The translations under genes were made by a program, and so were the position numbers. Under the pieces are notes generated by a model. The model had not been told where the DNA came from. It did no database searches and saw only the letters and a program-made list of their open reading frames with translations. Shown piece after piece: positions 33,908-43,273 of a stretch of 64,000 bases of DNA. The DNA is from a virus, in the IMG/VR virus record IMGVR_UViG_3300045988_092303; one strand, given 5' to 3'. Every line of letters begins with the position of its first letter. Position 1 is the first letter of the stretch.

Positions 33908-36211
33908 ATGCAAAATGTAAGTGCAGCATATAAAAAGGCCATGCGACAACCGATGCGGAACCGTGGCTATATAACTGCCCGAATCGGAATTATCAGTTCC
34001 ACAGCGCAGGATAACGTAGTTGCAAAAGAATCTGATAATGATTTTGCTTACTTTGCGAATATCACGGAAGTGTTCAAAGATAACACAGTAAGCCGGGTAT
34101 ATGCCACCATGGAGCAGGATTTCGCAAAGGTTGACGGAACCATGTACTTCCTTCCAGAGGAATACGACGGGTATGACTACTACAATAATGGTCTGGTGAC
34201 GAATGAGCTGCTAAGTCCCATGTACATTTCCTTTGACGGAAACATTGCGGATATTAAGGGACTCACAATTGATTTTGGGGAATACTACCCGACTTCATTT
34301 ACGGTTCAGTCTGATAACGGTACGAAAACATATGAAAATGCAGGGAAAATATTTGTTACCGAGGATACATTTGATGCGGTAACGTTCCTGCGGATAACAC
34401 CTGTGACTATGGTTAATGGACAGGGAAGGATGCGAATTTTACAGTTTACCTGCGGAATTTCCAATACTTTCTCAAATAAGCAGGTGAAATCATTCACATA
34501 TAAAGATTACGTATCGTCTGTATGCGAGTCCCTTCCGAGTCAGGATATGACTTTGACGGTAGATAATCAGGATTTATATTATAACCCGGATAACCCGGAA
34601 TCAGCCGTTGCATACATGGAGCAGGGGCAGGAAATGAAAGTTTCCTTCGGATATGACATTGACGGAGCTGGAACGATTGAATGGGTGCCGGAAATAACCA
34701 CATTCCTTAAATCGTGGTCGGCGACCGATACAGAAGCTAAATTTACTATGGTTGATGTATTTAACTGGAAACTAAATGGAACGTATTACAAGGGTCTGTA
34801 CCGCACGGAGGGCATATCTCTGTATGATATGGCGTTGGATGTTTTGACAGATGCCGGCATGAAGCCAGAAGAATATGTGATCGACCCGTATTTGCATGAT
34901 GTCAAGGTATACAATCCTATGCCCGCGGTGAAACATTCAGAGGCCTTGCAGATCATATCGAATGCCGGACGCTGCGTTTTAAGCGTTGACCGGAAAGGAA
35001 GGGTACTGATTAGATCATCTTTTATCCCGGATATGACTTCCAGTGACGGAATAGATTTGCTGTATCCAAGTAATTTCCTGTATCCGGGAGAAGATGTACT
35101 ACCGATAGGGGACAACGGGACGGCAGCACAAACAGAATTCAGCCATGCAGAAAATGTTCTGAAATCAGGAAAGCGGACAGCATATGCAATGTTCAGTAAC
35201 GATTTTTCCGTGGTAGATGGAACGGTGATGTTTCTTCCAGAGTCAGAAGCGGATTATGTTGATACGACTGGATATGTCAGTGATAGCATAGCGGATGAAA
35301 ACGGGGAGTTTCAGGACATACCAAAAATTATCATCGAATTGGAGTCTGGATATATTTGTTACGGTTTTGCTATTCAATTCCGGAATGTGGCACCTAAAGA
35401 ATACCACGTAGTAACCTACTATCAGGAAGAACAGGTGCAGGATGTAACGGTCGAAAATCCTGGATTATACAGCCAGTACACAGAACAGCTTGACCGGTTC
35501 GACGTCATGGAGATTGTGTTCAAGAAAGGTTACCCAAATGCCAGAGTGGCGGTTGACTCGGTATTGTTCGGAAATGCAACAGATTACACGCTGTCAAGAG
35601 ATTACAATTTGAAGGGTTCACCGACTGCAACAAGACAAGAAAGAGTCAAAACGATTGCAGTTAAGCGAAGCCTTTACAGAAATTCTACATTGGCAATTAA
35701 AGAATTATCGTCAGAAGAACTCACGCTGGCCGGAACAGAGATCACGAAAACGATTCATTTTAGCAAAGCGTCATACGGTCTTACAGTGTCCATAGAAGAG
35801 GGGACTGCAACGGCAACGATTACTGCCAGCAGCAACTACTTCGCAGATATTAAGATCACAGGAGCAGCCGGCGAAAAAATCAGATATTCTGTCAAGGGAT
35901 ATGAATATGTTGTGGATGAACTGTATTACAGAGTCAACCACAATGACACAGGAATTGAAAAAGCATGGAGCAATCCTCTAATCAGCACCGAAGAGCTGGC
36001 AAAAGATCAGGAAGAATGGCTTGCATCCTACTATCTGGGTGATGTAGATTATCAGATCACATGGAATGGAGACCCACGGACGGATGCGAATGATCTTTTC
36101 TATCTGGAATTAAAAGAGAGAGACAACACGATGATACGAGCCTACCAGAATGAGTTGAAATATAGCTCCGGATGGTCAGGCACTTTAAAGGCAAGAAAGG
36201 TGGTGCTGTAA
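33908..36211 (+). CDS. large tail-tip / baseplate-like structural protein
   Basis: 767 aa; position after TMP and small tail protein. Confidence 0.45.
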   Translation: MQNVSAAYKKAMRQPMRNRGYITARIGIISSTAQDNVVAKESDNDFAYFANITEVFKDNTVSRVYATMEQDFAKVDGTMYFLPEEYDGYDYYNNGLVTNELLSPMYISFDGNIADIKGLTIDFGEYYPTSFTVQSDNGTKTYENAGKIFVTEDTFDAVTFLRITPVTMVNGQGRMRILQFTCGISNTFSNKQVKSFTYKDYVSSVCESLPSQDMTLTVDNQDLYYNPDNPESAVAYMEQGQEMKVSFGYDIDGAGTIEWVPEITTFLKSWSATDTEAKFTMVDVFNWKLNGTYYKGLYRTEGISLYDMALDVLTDAGMKPEEYVIDPYLHDVKVYNPMPAVKHSEALQIISNAGRCVLSVDRKGRVLIRSSFIPDMTSSDGIDLLYPSNFLYPGEDVLPIGDNGTAAQTEFSHAENVLKSGKRTAYAMFSNDFSVVDGTVMFLPESEADYVDTTGYVSDSIADENGEFQDIPKIIIELESGYICYGFAIQFRNVAPKEYHVVTYYQEEQVQDVTVENPGLYSQYTEQLDRFDVMEIVFKKGYPNARVAVDSVLFGNATDYTLSRDYNLKGSPTATRQERVKTIAVKRSLYRNSTLAIKELSSEELTLAGTEITKTIHFSKASYGLTVSIEEGTATATITASSNYFADIKITGAAGEKIRYSVKGYEYVVDELYYRVNHNDTGIEKAWSNPLISTEELAKDQEEWLASYYLGDVDYQITWNGDPRTDANDLFYLELKERDNTMIRAYQNELKYSSGWSGTLKARKVVL

Positions 36212-36212
36212 T

Positions 36213-36620
36213 ATGGCGTGGATTCAGCCTAAAACAAACTGGGCGGTTGGAGACCGGTTCAATATATCGGATTACAACAGGATTAAGGGAAATCTGAATT
36301 TTTTACACGAACGAGCGGAAGAGCTTTACCCGGATTTCAAAATCATCAATATGGGAGCGGATAAAGGATATTCCGATTACCCATATGCCCGTGAAATCAA
36401 TAATTTTGAGAAGAACCTGGAAACAATCAACGATAATGTTTTCACACAAGATTTTGGTGTAACAGCAACATTCTACAGCAATGGGGCTTTTATTCAGTGG
36501 AACGAACTGAACCGGATAGAGTCAGGCATTTTAAGCATTTATGAAATGTTGAATAGGCAGGAAGCGGGACTTCCGGTGCTGTCATTCAGACTTGGTAATA
36601 TGAGAGGAGTGAAGTTGTGA
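36213..36620 (+). CDS. tail fibre-associated protein
   Basis: N-terminal KTNWAVGDRFNISDYNRIKGNLNFL motif common in Gram-positive phage fibre proteins. Confidence 0.5.
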   Translation: MAWIQPKTNWAVGDRFNISDYNRIKGNLNFLHERAEELYPDFKIINMGADKGYSDYPYAREINNFEKNLETINDNVFTQDFGVTATFYSNGAFIQWNELNRIESGILSIYEMLNRQEAGLPVLSFRLGNMRGVKL

Positions 36621-37072
36621 TGTTAAAGACGGATTACAAAGATGATATTATTGCTAACGGAACAAAGAGAAAGTACACGCAGACAACAAATTCTGACGGG
36701 ACGATCTCTTTGACTGATGCTACGGAGTATCAGCAGGAGGGAGACAATTTTGGAGCAAAGGACATCAATGATACAAATATCGTTGTTAATGGATTAAAAG
36801 GAGTCAAAGAAGCAGCTTTACTGGCTGCAGGATGGACGGGATCCGAAGCACCATATCAGCAGATCGTATTAGTTGATGGAATAAAAGAGGATGATTCACC
36901 GATACTTGTAAGTTTGTTAGCTGATGGAGCGTCAGAAGCAACGCAGAAAGCTTACAGTAAGGCTTTTGGAATTGTTTCTTCTGGAACAGGGACAACCTCT
37001 GCAGGAAGTGTCACTTTCAAAGTATACAAAAAACCAGCCACGGATATCACGGTCGGCTTGAAAGGAGTATAA
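36617..37072 (+). CDS. tail fibre-associated protein
   Basis: Coupled ORF in the fibre cluster. Confidence 0.4.
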   Translation: MMLKTDYKDDIIANGTKRKYTQTTNSDGTISLTDATEYQQEGDNFGAKDINDTNIVVNGLKGVKEAALLAAGWTGSEAPYQQIVLVDGIKEDDSPILVSLLADGASEATQKAYSKAFGIVSSGTGTTSAGSVTFKVYKKPATDITVGLKGV

Positions 37073-37075
37073 TCT

Positions 37076-37837
37076 ATGGGAATGATTTTAATGCCGGGCG
37101 GCGGTGGTGGAATTGATCTTGACCTTGTTACTGCGCTTGCAGGTGATGTACTTAGCGGAAAAGTAATTGTTGGGGCGGATGGGGAACCAATAACAGGAAC
37201 GCTTGCTTTAACAGGAGATGCAGGTACGGGAGATGTACTGTCCGGGAAGACGTTCTACAATGCCGATGCAAAAACAAAGCGTTCTGGAACAATGGCGAAC
37301 AGAGGCGCGTTGAACTGGTCTGGAAGTAATACAACAAAATCTGTGGATGCCGGATATTATAGCGGAGGTACACTAGATAGTAGACCATCGTATAATTCTG
37401 GACGTACTCAAGGACAGAATGATGTAAAAAATAGCCCGAATTCATACGGGCTATATACAAAGGCGCAGTATGATGCGAATTATAATAACGGCTTAAACGC
37501 AAAAGTAAACAATTTATCAGTCAAACAAGAACAATTTAATAACAAGACAACAGATTCGAGCAAGAAAGCCTACTTCAATGTTGCAGCAAATACAGGAAAA
37601 CACTATGTAGTAGTAAGTGTCGTATCGAGAGCAAATACTACGGCGGATACGCTAAAACATTCTCTTGCTGTAACAAATGGATCTATAAGTCAATTACAAC
37701 AAATTTTAAGCAACTCAAGTACCTGCGTTACTGTTTGGCACTTAGAAAAAACGAATTCATCTGCCGTTTCTACAATAACTGTTACCGCTGGAAGATCAGA
37801 TGCTGATGCATTTATGCTTGTAATTAAATTAACTTAA
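37076..37837 (+). CDS. tail fibre protein with GDVLSGK repeats
   Basis: AGDVLSGKVIVGADGEPITGT / GDVLSGKTFYNADAKTKRSGT repeats typical of phage fibre proteins. Confidence 0.55.
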   Translation: MGMILMPGGGGGIDLDLVTALAGDVLSGKVIVGADGEPITGTLALTGDAGTGDVLSGKTFYNADAKTKRSGTMANRGALNWSGSNTTKSVDAGYYSGGTLDSRPSYNSGRTQGQNDVKNSPNSYGLYTKAQYDANYNNGLNAKVNNLSVKQEQFNNKTTDSSKKAYFNVAANTGKHYVVVSVVSRANTTADTLKHSLAVTNGSISQLQQILSNSSTCVTVWHLEKTNSSAVSTITVTAGRSDADAFMLVIKLT

Positions 37838-38591
37838 AGACATACGCCACATATCCGATCATATCATCGACATCACCTTCTGAGCATCGGGATCTGTTAT
37901 CTCTGATGCTCACATATTCACATTTTCCATTTCCGCAAGGAATTCTGCGGGCAATGAACACATTGTCCCCGTAAATGATGATGCTATCCTCGGTATGGCG
38001 TGGATTGCGGTCATTGGCGATTAGAAGAATGTCATATGGCGTGTAGTGCGGCATATAGTTGTCGACGGATGTTTTTATGCCCATAAAAATTTGCGGCTTG
38101 ATATTTTGCGGAATATCAGTGATATCAAGGGATTCAAACTCGCCGGAAATATGTAACGTGCCGTCTGGATGTTCCTCCAGATTCATCACAGGGACAGTTT
38201 TTCTCCCTTGCCGGAAACCGCCCAAAGAAAGATCATATTGCCTGCGGACGAACCAGCGCACAAAATACTGATAGTGTTCAGGCATTTCACGGAACATAGA
38301 AATGCAGTCCATGTCCTCTTCGGAAATAGTGTCAAGTCCGATTAGCTCATCCACTGTAACACCTATAGCCTTGGCTAAGAGGGCGGCAGTGGACAACTTA
38401 CAGTCTTTGGAATTCTGGTACAACAGATTTTTAAGCGTGTCAAAAGAAATACCGGCGGATTCAGCCAATTCATGAATGGTAATATCTGAATACTTTAAGC
38501 AAATATCCAAATTGTGACGTAAATTATCTGTAAAGATAGTGCTTTCTCTGGTAAAATGTCCCGATAATTTATACAAATTTTCTTTTTTCAT
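37824..38591 (-). CDS. CI/LexA-like repressor (HTH_XRE + S24-like C-domain lacking the catalytic Ser)
   Basis: HTH ITIHELAESAGISFDTLKNLLY. C-terminal DNYMPHYTPYDILLIAND aligns with the GDSMxP motif but has Tyr in place of Ser. Confidence 0.65.
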   Translation of the reverse strand: MKKENLYKLSGHFTRESTIFTDNLRHNLDICLKYSDITIHELAESAGISFDTLKNLLYQNSKDCKLSTAALLAKAIGVTVDELIGLDTISEEDMDCISMFREMPEHYQYFVRWFVRRQYDLSLGGFRQGRKTVPVMNLEEHPDGTLHISGEFESLDITDIPQNIKPQIFMGIKTSVDNYMPHYTPYDILLIANDRNPRHTEDSIIIYGDNVFIARRIPCGNGKCEYVSIRDNRSRCSEGDVDDMIGYVAYVFKLI

Positions 38592-38801
38592 AGTGTTCCG
38601 TCCTCCCTCTTTAAAGTGTTAAAATATGCTTGTCTCAAAAAAGAGACATCAACTTCCGGCTGGGGGAACACTAATCCGCATGGTGTTTCCCCATACGAAT
38701 AGCTTACTTTTTTCGGGAAAATCTGTCAATCTTTTCGCATACATAATCTTTCTGCAAAATCCGACACGGTTCGACAAGATTTGATTGATATTGGCAAAAT
38801 A

Positions 38802-38815
38802 AGAACATATGTTCT
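38802..38815. promoter_or_regulatory. LexA (Cheo) box overlapping a promoter
   Basis: AGAACATATGTTCT matches GAAC-N4-GTTC. Overlaps TTGGCA (38791)-18-TATAAT (38815-38820). Confidence 0.6.
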
Positions 38816-38871
38816 ATAATTCTATTAAGCTACTTTACGGCACATGCGGATTTTTGATTGGAGGGTTTTTA

Positions 38872-38982
38872 GTGAATGAGAAGGAAGTTTACCGACGACG
38901 AATTATTGAAATGGTTAATAGGATTGAGAATCCGTGTTGGCTACGTTCGATTTACATATTTATAAAAACACTTCTGGAATAA
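38872..38982 (+). CDS. 36-aa protein under the LexA-box promoter (candidate small antirepressor)
   Basis: GGAGGG RBS 6 nt before GTG 38872; VNEKEVYRRRIIEMVNRIENPCWLRSIYIFIKTLLE. Confidence 0.4.
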   Translation: MNEKEVYRRRIIEMVNRIENPCWLRSIYIFIKTLLE

Positions 38983-38984
38983 CG

Positions 38985-39026
38985 AAAAAGACCATGTACT
39001 CACGTGTTGTACATGGTCTTTCTTTT
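38985..39026. terminator. bidirectional intrinsic terminator
   Basis: AAGACCATGTAC / GTACATGGTCTT 12-bp stem flanked by A-run and T-run. Confidence 0.7.
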
Positions 39027-39390
39027 AATTTTTTCCTGCAATCATATCAATCAATTCTTCAAGATGCGTCCATCCATCATCATCGAGCATTGCAAGAGCA
39101 TTGATAAGACGTCTTCTGAAATTAGAATCATCCATCTTAGAAACATTTCCCAAAAGCCTTGCAATTTCATCATTCTTGGTGGTCGGCTGAAACATTTCCC
39201 CGGTTCCGGTTCGGAGCCACTCTTCATTTACATTAAAAACAGAACATATCAATGCAATAGCAGAATCGCTTGGAACGCTTCGCCCCATTTCATAAGTAGC
39301 AACAGTGTTTCTCTTTACTTTTATTTTATCAGCAAATTCCTGTTGAGTGAATCCGAGAGTGTTTCTAATTTCTTTTATTCGCTCATTCAT
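39025..39390 (-). CDS. XRE-family HTH repressor
   Basis: AAAGGAGGTG RBS then MNERIKEIRNTLGFTQQEFADKIKVKRNTVATYEMGR. Confidence 0.8.
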   Translation of the reverse strand: MNERIKEIRNTLGFTQQEFADKIKVKRNTVATYEMGRSVPSDSAIALICSVFNVNEEWLRTGTGEMFQPTTKNDEIARLLGNVSKMDDSNFRRRLINALAMLDDDGWTHLEELIDMIAGKN

Positions 39391-39453
39391 TTTCGCACCT
39401 CCTTTCCGTATTTGTATAATAACATAGAATGTTGAAAAAATCAACAAAAACTA

Positions 39454-39482
39454 TTGACAAATGTTTTTGACCGACTTATAAT
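39454..39482 (+). promoter_or_regulatory. consensus early rightward promoter
   Basis: TTGACA, 17 nt, TATAAT; preceded by the GTTGAAAAAATCAAC palindrome. Confidence 0.7.
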
Positions 39483-39512
39483 TGTTTTACAATCAACAAG
39501 GAGGTGAGGAAA

Positions 39513-40025
39513 ATGGAAGGAGATGAGGAACGTCTAAAGAGGATTTGGACTTTGATGATAGGGAGGTGTCATGGTAATTACAAAGATGATTCTTATAAAA
39601 GAAATGGAATTAAAGTTTGTGATGAATGGAGAAATTCTTTTGATGAGTTCAAACATTGGGCACTAGAAAATGGATATAGCTCTCGATTGCTGATAGATAG
39701 AATGGATACATTCGGAAATTATGAACCGAACAATTGTAGATGGATAACAAGGGAGGAAAACGCGAGAAACAAAAGAAACACAATTTTTGTTTTGTATGAC
39801 GGAAAAGTTGTTAAGCTGTGCGAACTATGCAGAGAAAAGAGAGTTTCACTTTCTACTGTTTATTCCAGATTAAGAAATGGATGGGACATAGAAAAAGCGT
39901 TATCTGAACCTGTGCGAAAAAGAAAAAGAAAAAAGTATGGTATTCGCAAGTCCGAAACAAAGAAAACAGGGAAAAAGTTGTACTGTGCCGTTCCGTATCA
40001 AAAGGCAAAGAGAGAAGAAAACTGA
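39513..40025 (+). CDS. HNH-like homing-endonuclease-family DNA-binding protein, paralog 1
   Basis: RLKRIWTLMIGRC...GIKVCDEW...IDRMDTFGNYEPNNCRWITREENARN plus C-terminal HTH (LSTVYSRLRNGWDIEKAL). Confidence 0.6.
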   Translation: MEGDEERLKRIWTLMIGRCHGNYKDDSYKRNGIKVCDEWRNSFDEFKHWALENGYSSRLLIDRMDTFGNYEPNNCRWITREENARNKRNTIFVLYDGKVVKLCELCREKRVSLSTVYSRLRNGWDIEKALSEPVRKRKRKKYGIRKSETKKTGKKLYCAVPYQKAKREEN

Positions 40026-40055
40026 ACTCACGAAGTCAATAAAGGAGGTGATGGA

Positions 40056-40331
40056 ATGGCAAAAATCGAAATTAGACAGGTTGATGGGGAAAAAGGAATA
40101 TTCACCGAAATTCTTATTGGTGGTCGCAAAATTGATGGTGTCAGAAGCTACGAATTAAAGCAAAAAGCTGGGGAGCTTCCTGTGCTGACAATTGACTTGA
40201 ACGCTTTTGAAATTGCGACAGACTTGAGGGTGCTACTTGTTAATCAGGACACTGCTGGAGAGATTAAAAGCATCAGATTCAAAGATGGGTATGAGGTTGA
40301 AATTGGCTCTCCTGTTACAGAGAGCCAGTAA
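40056..40331 (+). CDS. hypothetical protein
   Basis: 91-aa ORF with AAGGAGG RBS. Confidence 0.45.
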   Translation: MAKIEIRQVDGEKGIFTEILIGGRKIDGVRSYELKQKAGELPVLTIDLNAFEIATDLRVLLVNQDTAGEIKSIRFKDGYEVEIGSPVTESQ

Positions 40332-40332
40332 A

Positions 40333-40518
40333 TCATTTGTTGAGATTTTGAAGTATGGAACATTGTTTAGGACTGCGGCAACAGCCAGATAACATTGCAT
40401 ATTGGCAGATTAAGCGACCGGTTTCAAAATGCTGTTTTTCCAAATCGGAAGAATCTGCCATTTTAATCTCAACAGAATAATTCTTGCTCTGTTTATCACA
40501 GAAGCCAGTAAAAACCAT
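40333..40518 (-). CDS. small Cys-containing protein (61 aa)
   Basis: AAGGAGGTGG RBS 9 nt before internal ATG 40518 of track ORF 40333..40779. Confidence 0.45.
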   Translation of the reverse strand: MVFTGFCDKQSKNYSVEIKMADSSDLEKQHFETGRLICQYAMLSGCCRSPKQCSILQNLNK

Positions 40519-40577
40519 AATAAGCCACCTCCTTAGTTGTTTTAAGGAGATTATACCACAGGAAGGAAGTGAATTGA

Positions 40578-40721
40578 ATGAGTGAAAGAGAAAAGCAGGT
40601 AGTTGAGAAACTGAAAGATGCAATTCCGAAGATGTCAGATTTTGACAAGGGTTATATTCTTGGGAAAGTTGAGAGCATGGCAGAAAAGAAGGAAAAACAA
40701 GAGAAGAAAGATGGTGATTAA
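40578..40721 (+). CDS. small hypothetical protein (47 aa)
   Basis: ATG after GGAAGGAAG; below the track cutoff. Confidence 0.35.
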   Translation: MSEREKQVVEKLKDAIPKMSDFDKGYILGKVESMAEKKEKQEKKDGD

Positions 40722-40770
40722 ATGCTTGAAGTTCAAAGAATTTAACTTCTGAAAGGAGAGATAAGGAAGA

Positions 40771-40932
40771 ATGCAGCATGACATCGCTGGGTTAAAAGAA
40801 GCCCTCTACCAGCAAATTGAGAAACTGGCAGAGGAAAGCAACAGTAATTCTGCTGATGCGGAAACCAAAATTCGCATTGCGGGCGAAATTTGCCGTATCA
40901 CAGATACGATTATCAGGATTGATGCCGATTAA
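40771..40932 (+). CDS. small hypothetical protein (53 aa)
   Basis: AAAGGAGAG RBS; below the track cutoff. Confidence 0.35.
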   Translation: MQHDIAGLKEALYQQIEKLAEESNSNSADAETKIRIAGEICRITDTIIRIDAD

Positions 40933-41101
40933 GTGCGGATTCGATACTGGATATATTTCTTTCTATGGACTTAAGCTCTACGAGATTTGATACGCTATGT
41001 AGACTGCTTAATTTATGCATAGCACAACATTCATACTTGGAAATATACCACGCACAGTCATGTACACAATCCTTGAAATCGTTAAGAGGACATTTACTTA
41101 T
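40913..41101 (-). CDS. small Cys-rich protein, start codon unclear
   Basis: AAAGGAGGTG RBS sits 8 nt upstream of an in-frame ATA (41101). The nearby ATG is out of frame. Product SKCPLNDFKDCVHDCAWYISKYECC. Confidence 0.3.
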   Translation of the reverse strand: MSKCPLNDFKDCVHDCAWYISKYECCAMHKLSSLHSVSNLVELKSIERNISSIESALNRHQS

Positions 41102-41152
41102 CTTTATCACCTCCTTTATAGGAGAGTATACCACGAAAGAAGGTGAATTGAA

Positions 41153-41947
41153 ATGAATGAACCGGTACAAAGCAATATGCGTACTCCGATTGAGATTGCG
41201 CTTGATATTGACGGCGAGGGGATGACTACGGCTAGAAAGCTGTATGAGTTTCTGGAACTGGCACCGCAGAATTATGCAAGATGGCTTAAAGCTAATATTC
41301 TTGATAATGAATTTGCTACTGAAAATGAGGATTATTTTTACTCTTCATCAATGAAGAGTGAACATGGAAGAGGCAATTTTGCCGAGGATTACCGTCTGAC
41401 AGCCCATTTTGCAAAGAAACTCTCCATGAAGGGAAATGGTGAGAAAGCAGAACAGGCAAGAGAGTATTTTTCGTTGGTTGAGGAAAAAGTTAAGCAGACT
41501 GTCATTGACCGTTCGCAACTGTCACCGCAGTTACAGCTTATGAATATGCTTGTCGAAAATATGAACAGGGCAGAGATTGAGCAGAAACGGCAGGCACAGC
41601 AGATCGCAAAGGTTGAGCAGACAGTTGACACCATAAAAGAGATATTCACAGAGCCTATTGGGGACTGGAAAGCGGAAATAAATGCGAGGGTGCGTGAAAT
41701 CTCAATAAAGAGCGGTACTGACTATCAGTCTTTATACAGCCAACTTTACGGGGAACTGGAAACAACGGCACATTGCAGTCTGAAGAGATTGCAGGATAAC
41801 AAACGTTCCAGAATGGAGAAAGCCGGGAACACAAAGACGGCTATCAAGGATGGAACAACAAAAATTGCAATCATTTATGAAAAACCGCAGCTGAAAGCCA
41901 TTTTTGAGGGAATCGTAAAGAGATATGCAATGAAATATTGCTCATAG
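41153..41947 (+). CDS. AntA-type phage antirepressor
   Basis: MTTARKLYEFLELAPQNYARWLKANILDNEF...DY resembles the AntA/AntB N-domain; coiled-coil C-terminus. Confidence 0.65.
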   Translation: MNEPVQSNMRTPIEIALDIDGEGMTTARKLYEFLELAPQNYARWLKANILDNEFATENEDYFYSSSMKSEHGRGNFAEDYRLTAHFAKKLSMKGNGEKAEQAREYFSLVEEKVKQTVIDRSQLSPQLQLMNMLVENMNRAEIEQKRQAQQIAKVEQTVDTIKEIFTEPIGDWKAEINARVREISIKSGTDYQSLYSQLYGELETTAHCSLKRLQDNKRSRMEKAGNTKTAIKDGTTKIAIIYEKPQLKAIFEGIVKRYAMKYCS

Positions 41948-41961
41948 GGAAGGGAAACAGA

Positions 41962-42165
41962 ATGGGTAACATAAAGAATACGGCAATAGAGGCGTATCGT
42001 ATAAGAACTCTTGATCGTAGTTTAATTACTAAAAAAAGCATGAAATGTGCAATTAGAAAAATTGCTGATGACGACGAAGATTTTGAAAATATTGTTTTTG
42101 AATTGGGATGCTCTGTTTTAGCAAAAAGCATATACAAAAGGAAGCTGAAAGGGAACTATTCGTAA
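41962..42165 (+). CDS. hypothetical protein
   Basis: ATG 41962 after GGGAAGGGAAA. Confidence 0.4.
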   Translation: MGNIKNTAIEAYRIRTLDRSLITKKSMKCAIRKIADDDEDFENIVFELGCSVLAKSIYKRKLKGNYS

Positions 42166-42179
42166 AACAGGAGGCACTT

Positions 42180-42374
42180 ATGCGGACAGCACCATGCTTA
42201 AAGTGTGAACGTCGTGGATGCGGAAGTTACCATGATGAATGTGAGCAGTACAAAGCATTCAGAGCGGAGCAGGATGCATTGAGCGAGAAGAAAAAGAAGT
42301 TTCGAGGTGAAGATGTTCCGGCACGACATTACAGATGGCGAGAGCATTCACCTATCAAATGTCACAAAAAGTAG
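42180..42374 (+). CDS. small zinc-finger-like protein
   Basis: AGGAGG RBS; CLKCERRGCGSYHDEC. Confidence 0.4.
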   Translation: MRTAPCLKCERRGCGSYHDECEQYKAFRAEQDALSEKKKKFRGEDVPARHYRWREHSPIKCHKK

Positions 42375-42384
42375 GAGGGAGCAA

Positions 42385-42861
42385 GTGAAAAGAATGGCAA
42401 TAGCGGTAGTAATTGCATTCCTGTTGTTCGCCGGTTTTGCCATGATTGCAAATGCCGGAAGTGATCATCAGGGAGACTGGCAGGAGTACATTGAACGGCT
42501 TTGCGAAAGCAAAAACATTTCACCGGAGCTTGTGGAAGCCATGATAGAAAGGGAGTCTAGCTGGAACCCGGATGCGGTAAACGGTAACTGCGTTGGCCTC
42601 ATGCAGGTGGACAAGGAAATTCACCGGGAACTGATCGGAGATCGGAATATGACTGACCCATACGACAACATTTATGTGGGAGTAACGCTTCTGGAAGAGC
42701 TGCTACACAAATATGGCGAGGTAGCACCGGCACTGATGTTCTATAACGCAGGATATTCCGATAATTACGGAGTCGGAGCATATGAGGACGGAACACTTAG
42801 CAACTATGCTGAAGAAATTTTAAAGCGTGCAGCGGAACTAGAAAGATTGCACGGGAAATAG
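42385..42861 (+). CDS. membrane-anchored lytic transglycosylase (SLT domain)
   Basis: N-terminal TM helix; catalytic region MIERESSWNPDAVNGNCVGLMQV...YNAGY. Confidence 0.8.
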   Translation: MKRMAIAVVIAFLLFAGFAMIANAGSDHQGDWQEYIERLCESKNISPELVEAMIERESSWNPDAVNGNCVGLMQVDKEIHRELIGDRNMTDPYDNIYVGVTLLEELLHKYGEVAPALMFYNAGYSDNYGVGAYEDGTLSNYAEEILKRAAELERLHGK

Positions 42862-42873
42862 GAGGAAAAAGTA

Positions 42874-42984
42874 ATGACAATTTATATTCCAGAATTTTGG
42901 GCAGGCTTTGTAGCTTGTATCATTGCAGAGCTTGGTGCTTGCATCGCATACAGCTGGTATCTTTCACGGAGAAAGAAAAGATGA
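42874..42984 (+). CDS. 36-aa membrane peptide
   Basis: AGGAGGAAAAAG RBS; single TM helix then RRKKR. Confidence 0.35.
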   Translation: MTIYIPEFWAGFVACIIAELGACIAYSWYLSRRKKR

Positions 42985-43157
42985 AGCAGCCAAAGAGATT
43001 AACCAGAGAGCAGAAAGAAGCTGTGGCGGCAGCTAGATTTAATCCGGCTAACTGGATGCTGGTGGATGAAACGGAGTTTTATTTAAAGATCATCCACAAA
43101 GGAACAGGTATTATTCGGTCGGTGGATAAGTTTAGAAGATTAAATTACAGGAGATAA
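42981..43157 (+). CDS. hypothetical protein
   Basis: ATG 42981 overlaps the previous stop; MKQPKRLTREQKEAVAAARFNPANW. Confidence 0.4.
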   Translation: MKQPKRLTREQKEAVAAARFNPANWMLVDETEFYLKIIHKGTGIIRSVDKFRRLNYRR

Positions 43158-43273
43158 AAAATGAACATGGAAGCTATTACATTGCAGAACTGCATTGACA
43201 ATTATGAGAAAAAAGATCAGGCAGCAGTTATTAACGACGGTCAGGTGCTTGGATTTGAACAGGTGGAGGAAAA

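Noticed and set aside
40519-40779. Long form (148 aa) of the minus-strand ORF 40333..40779
   Set aside because: Its upstream two-thirds overlap better-supported plus-strand small ORFs (40578, 40771). The strong RBS precedes the internal ATG at 40518.
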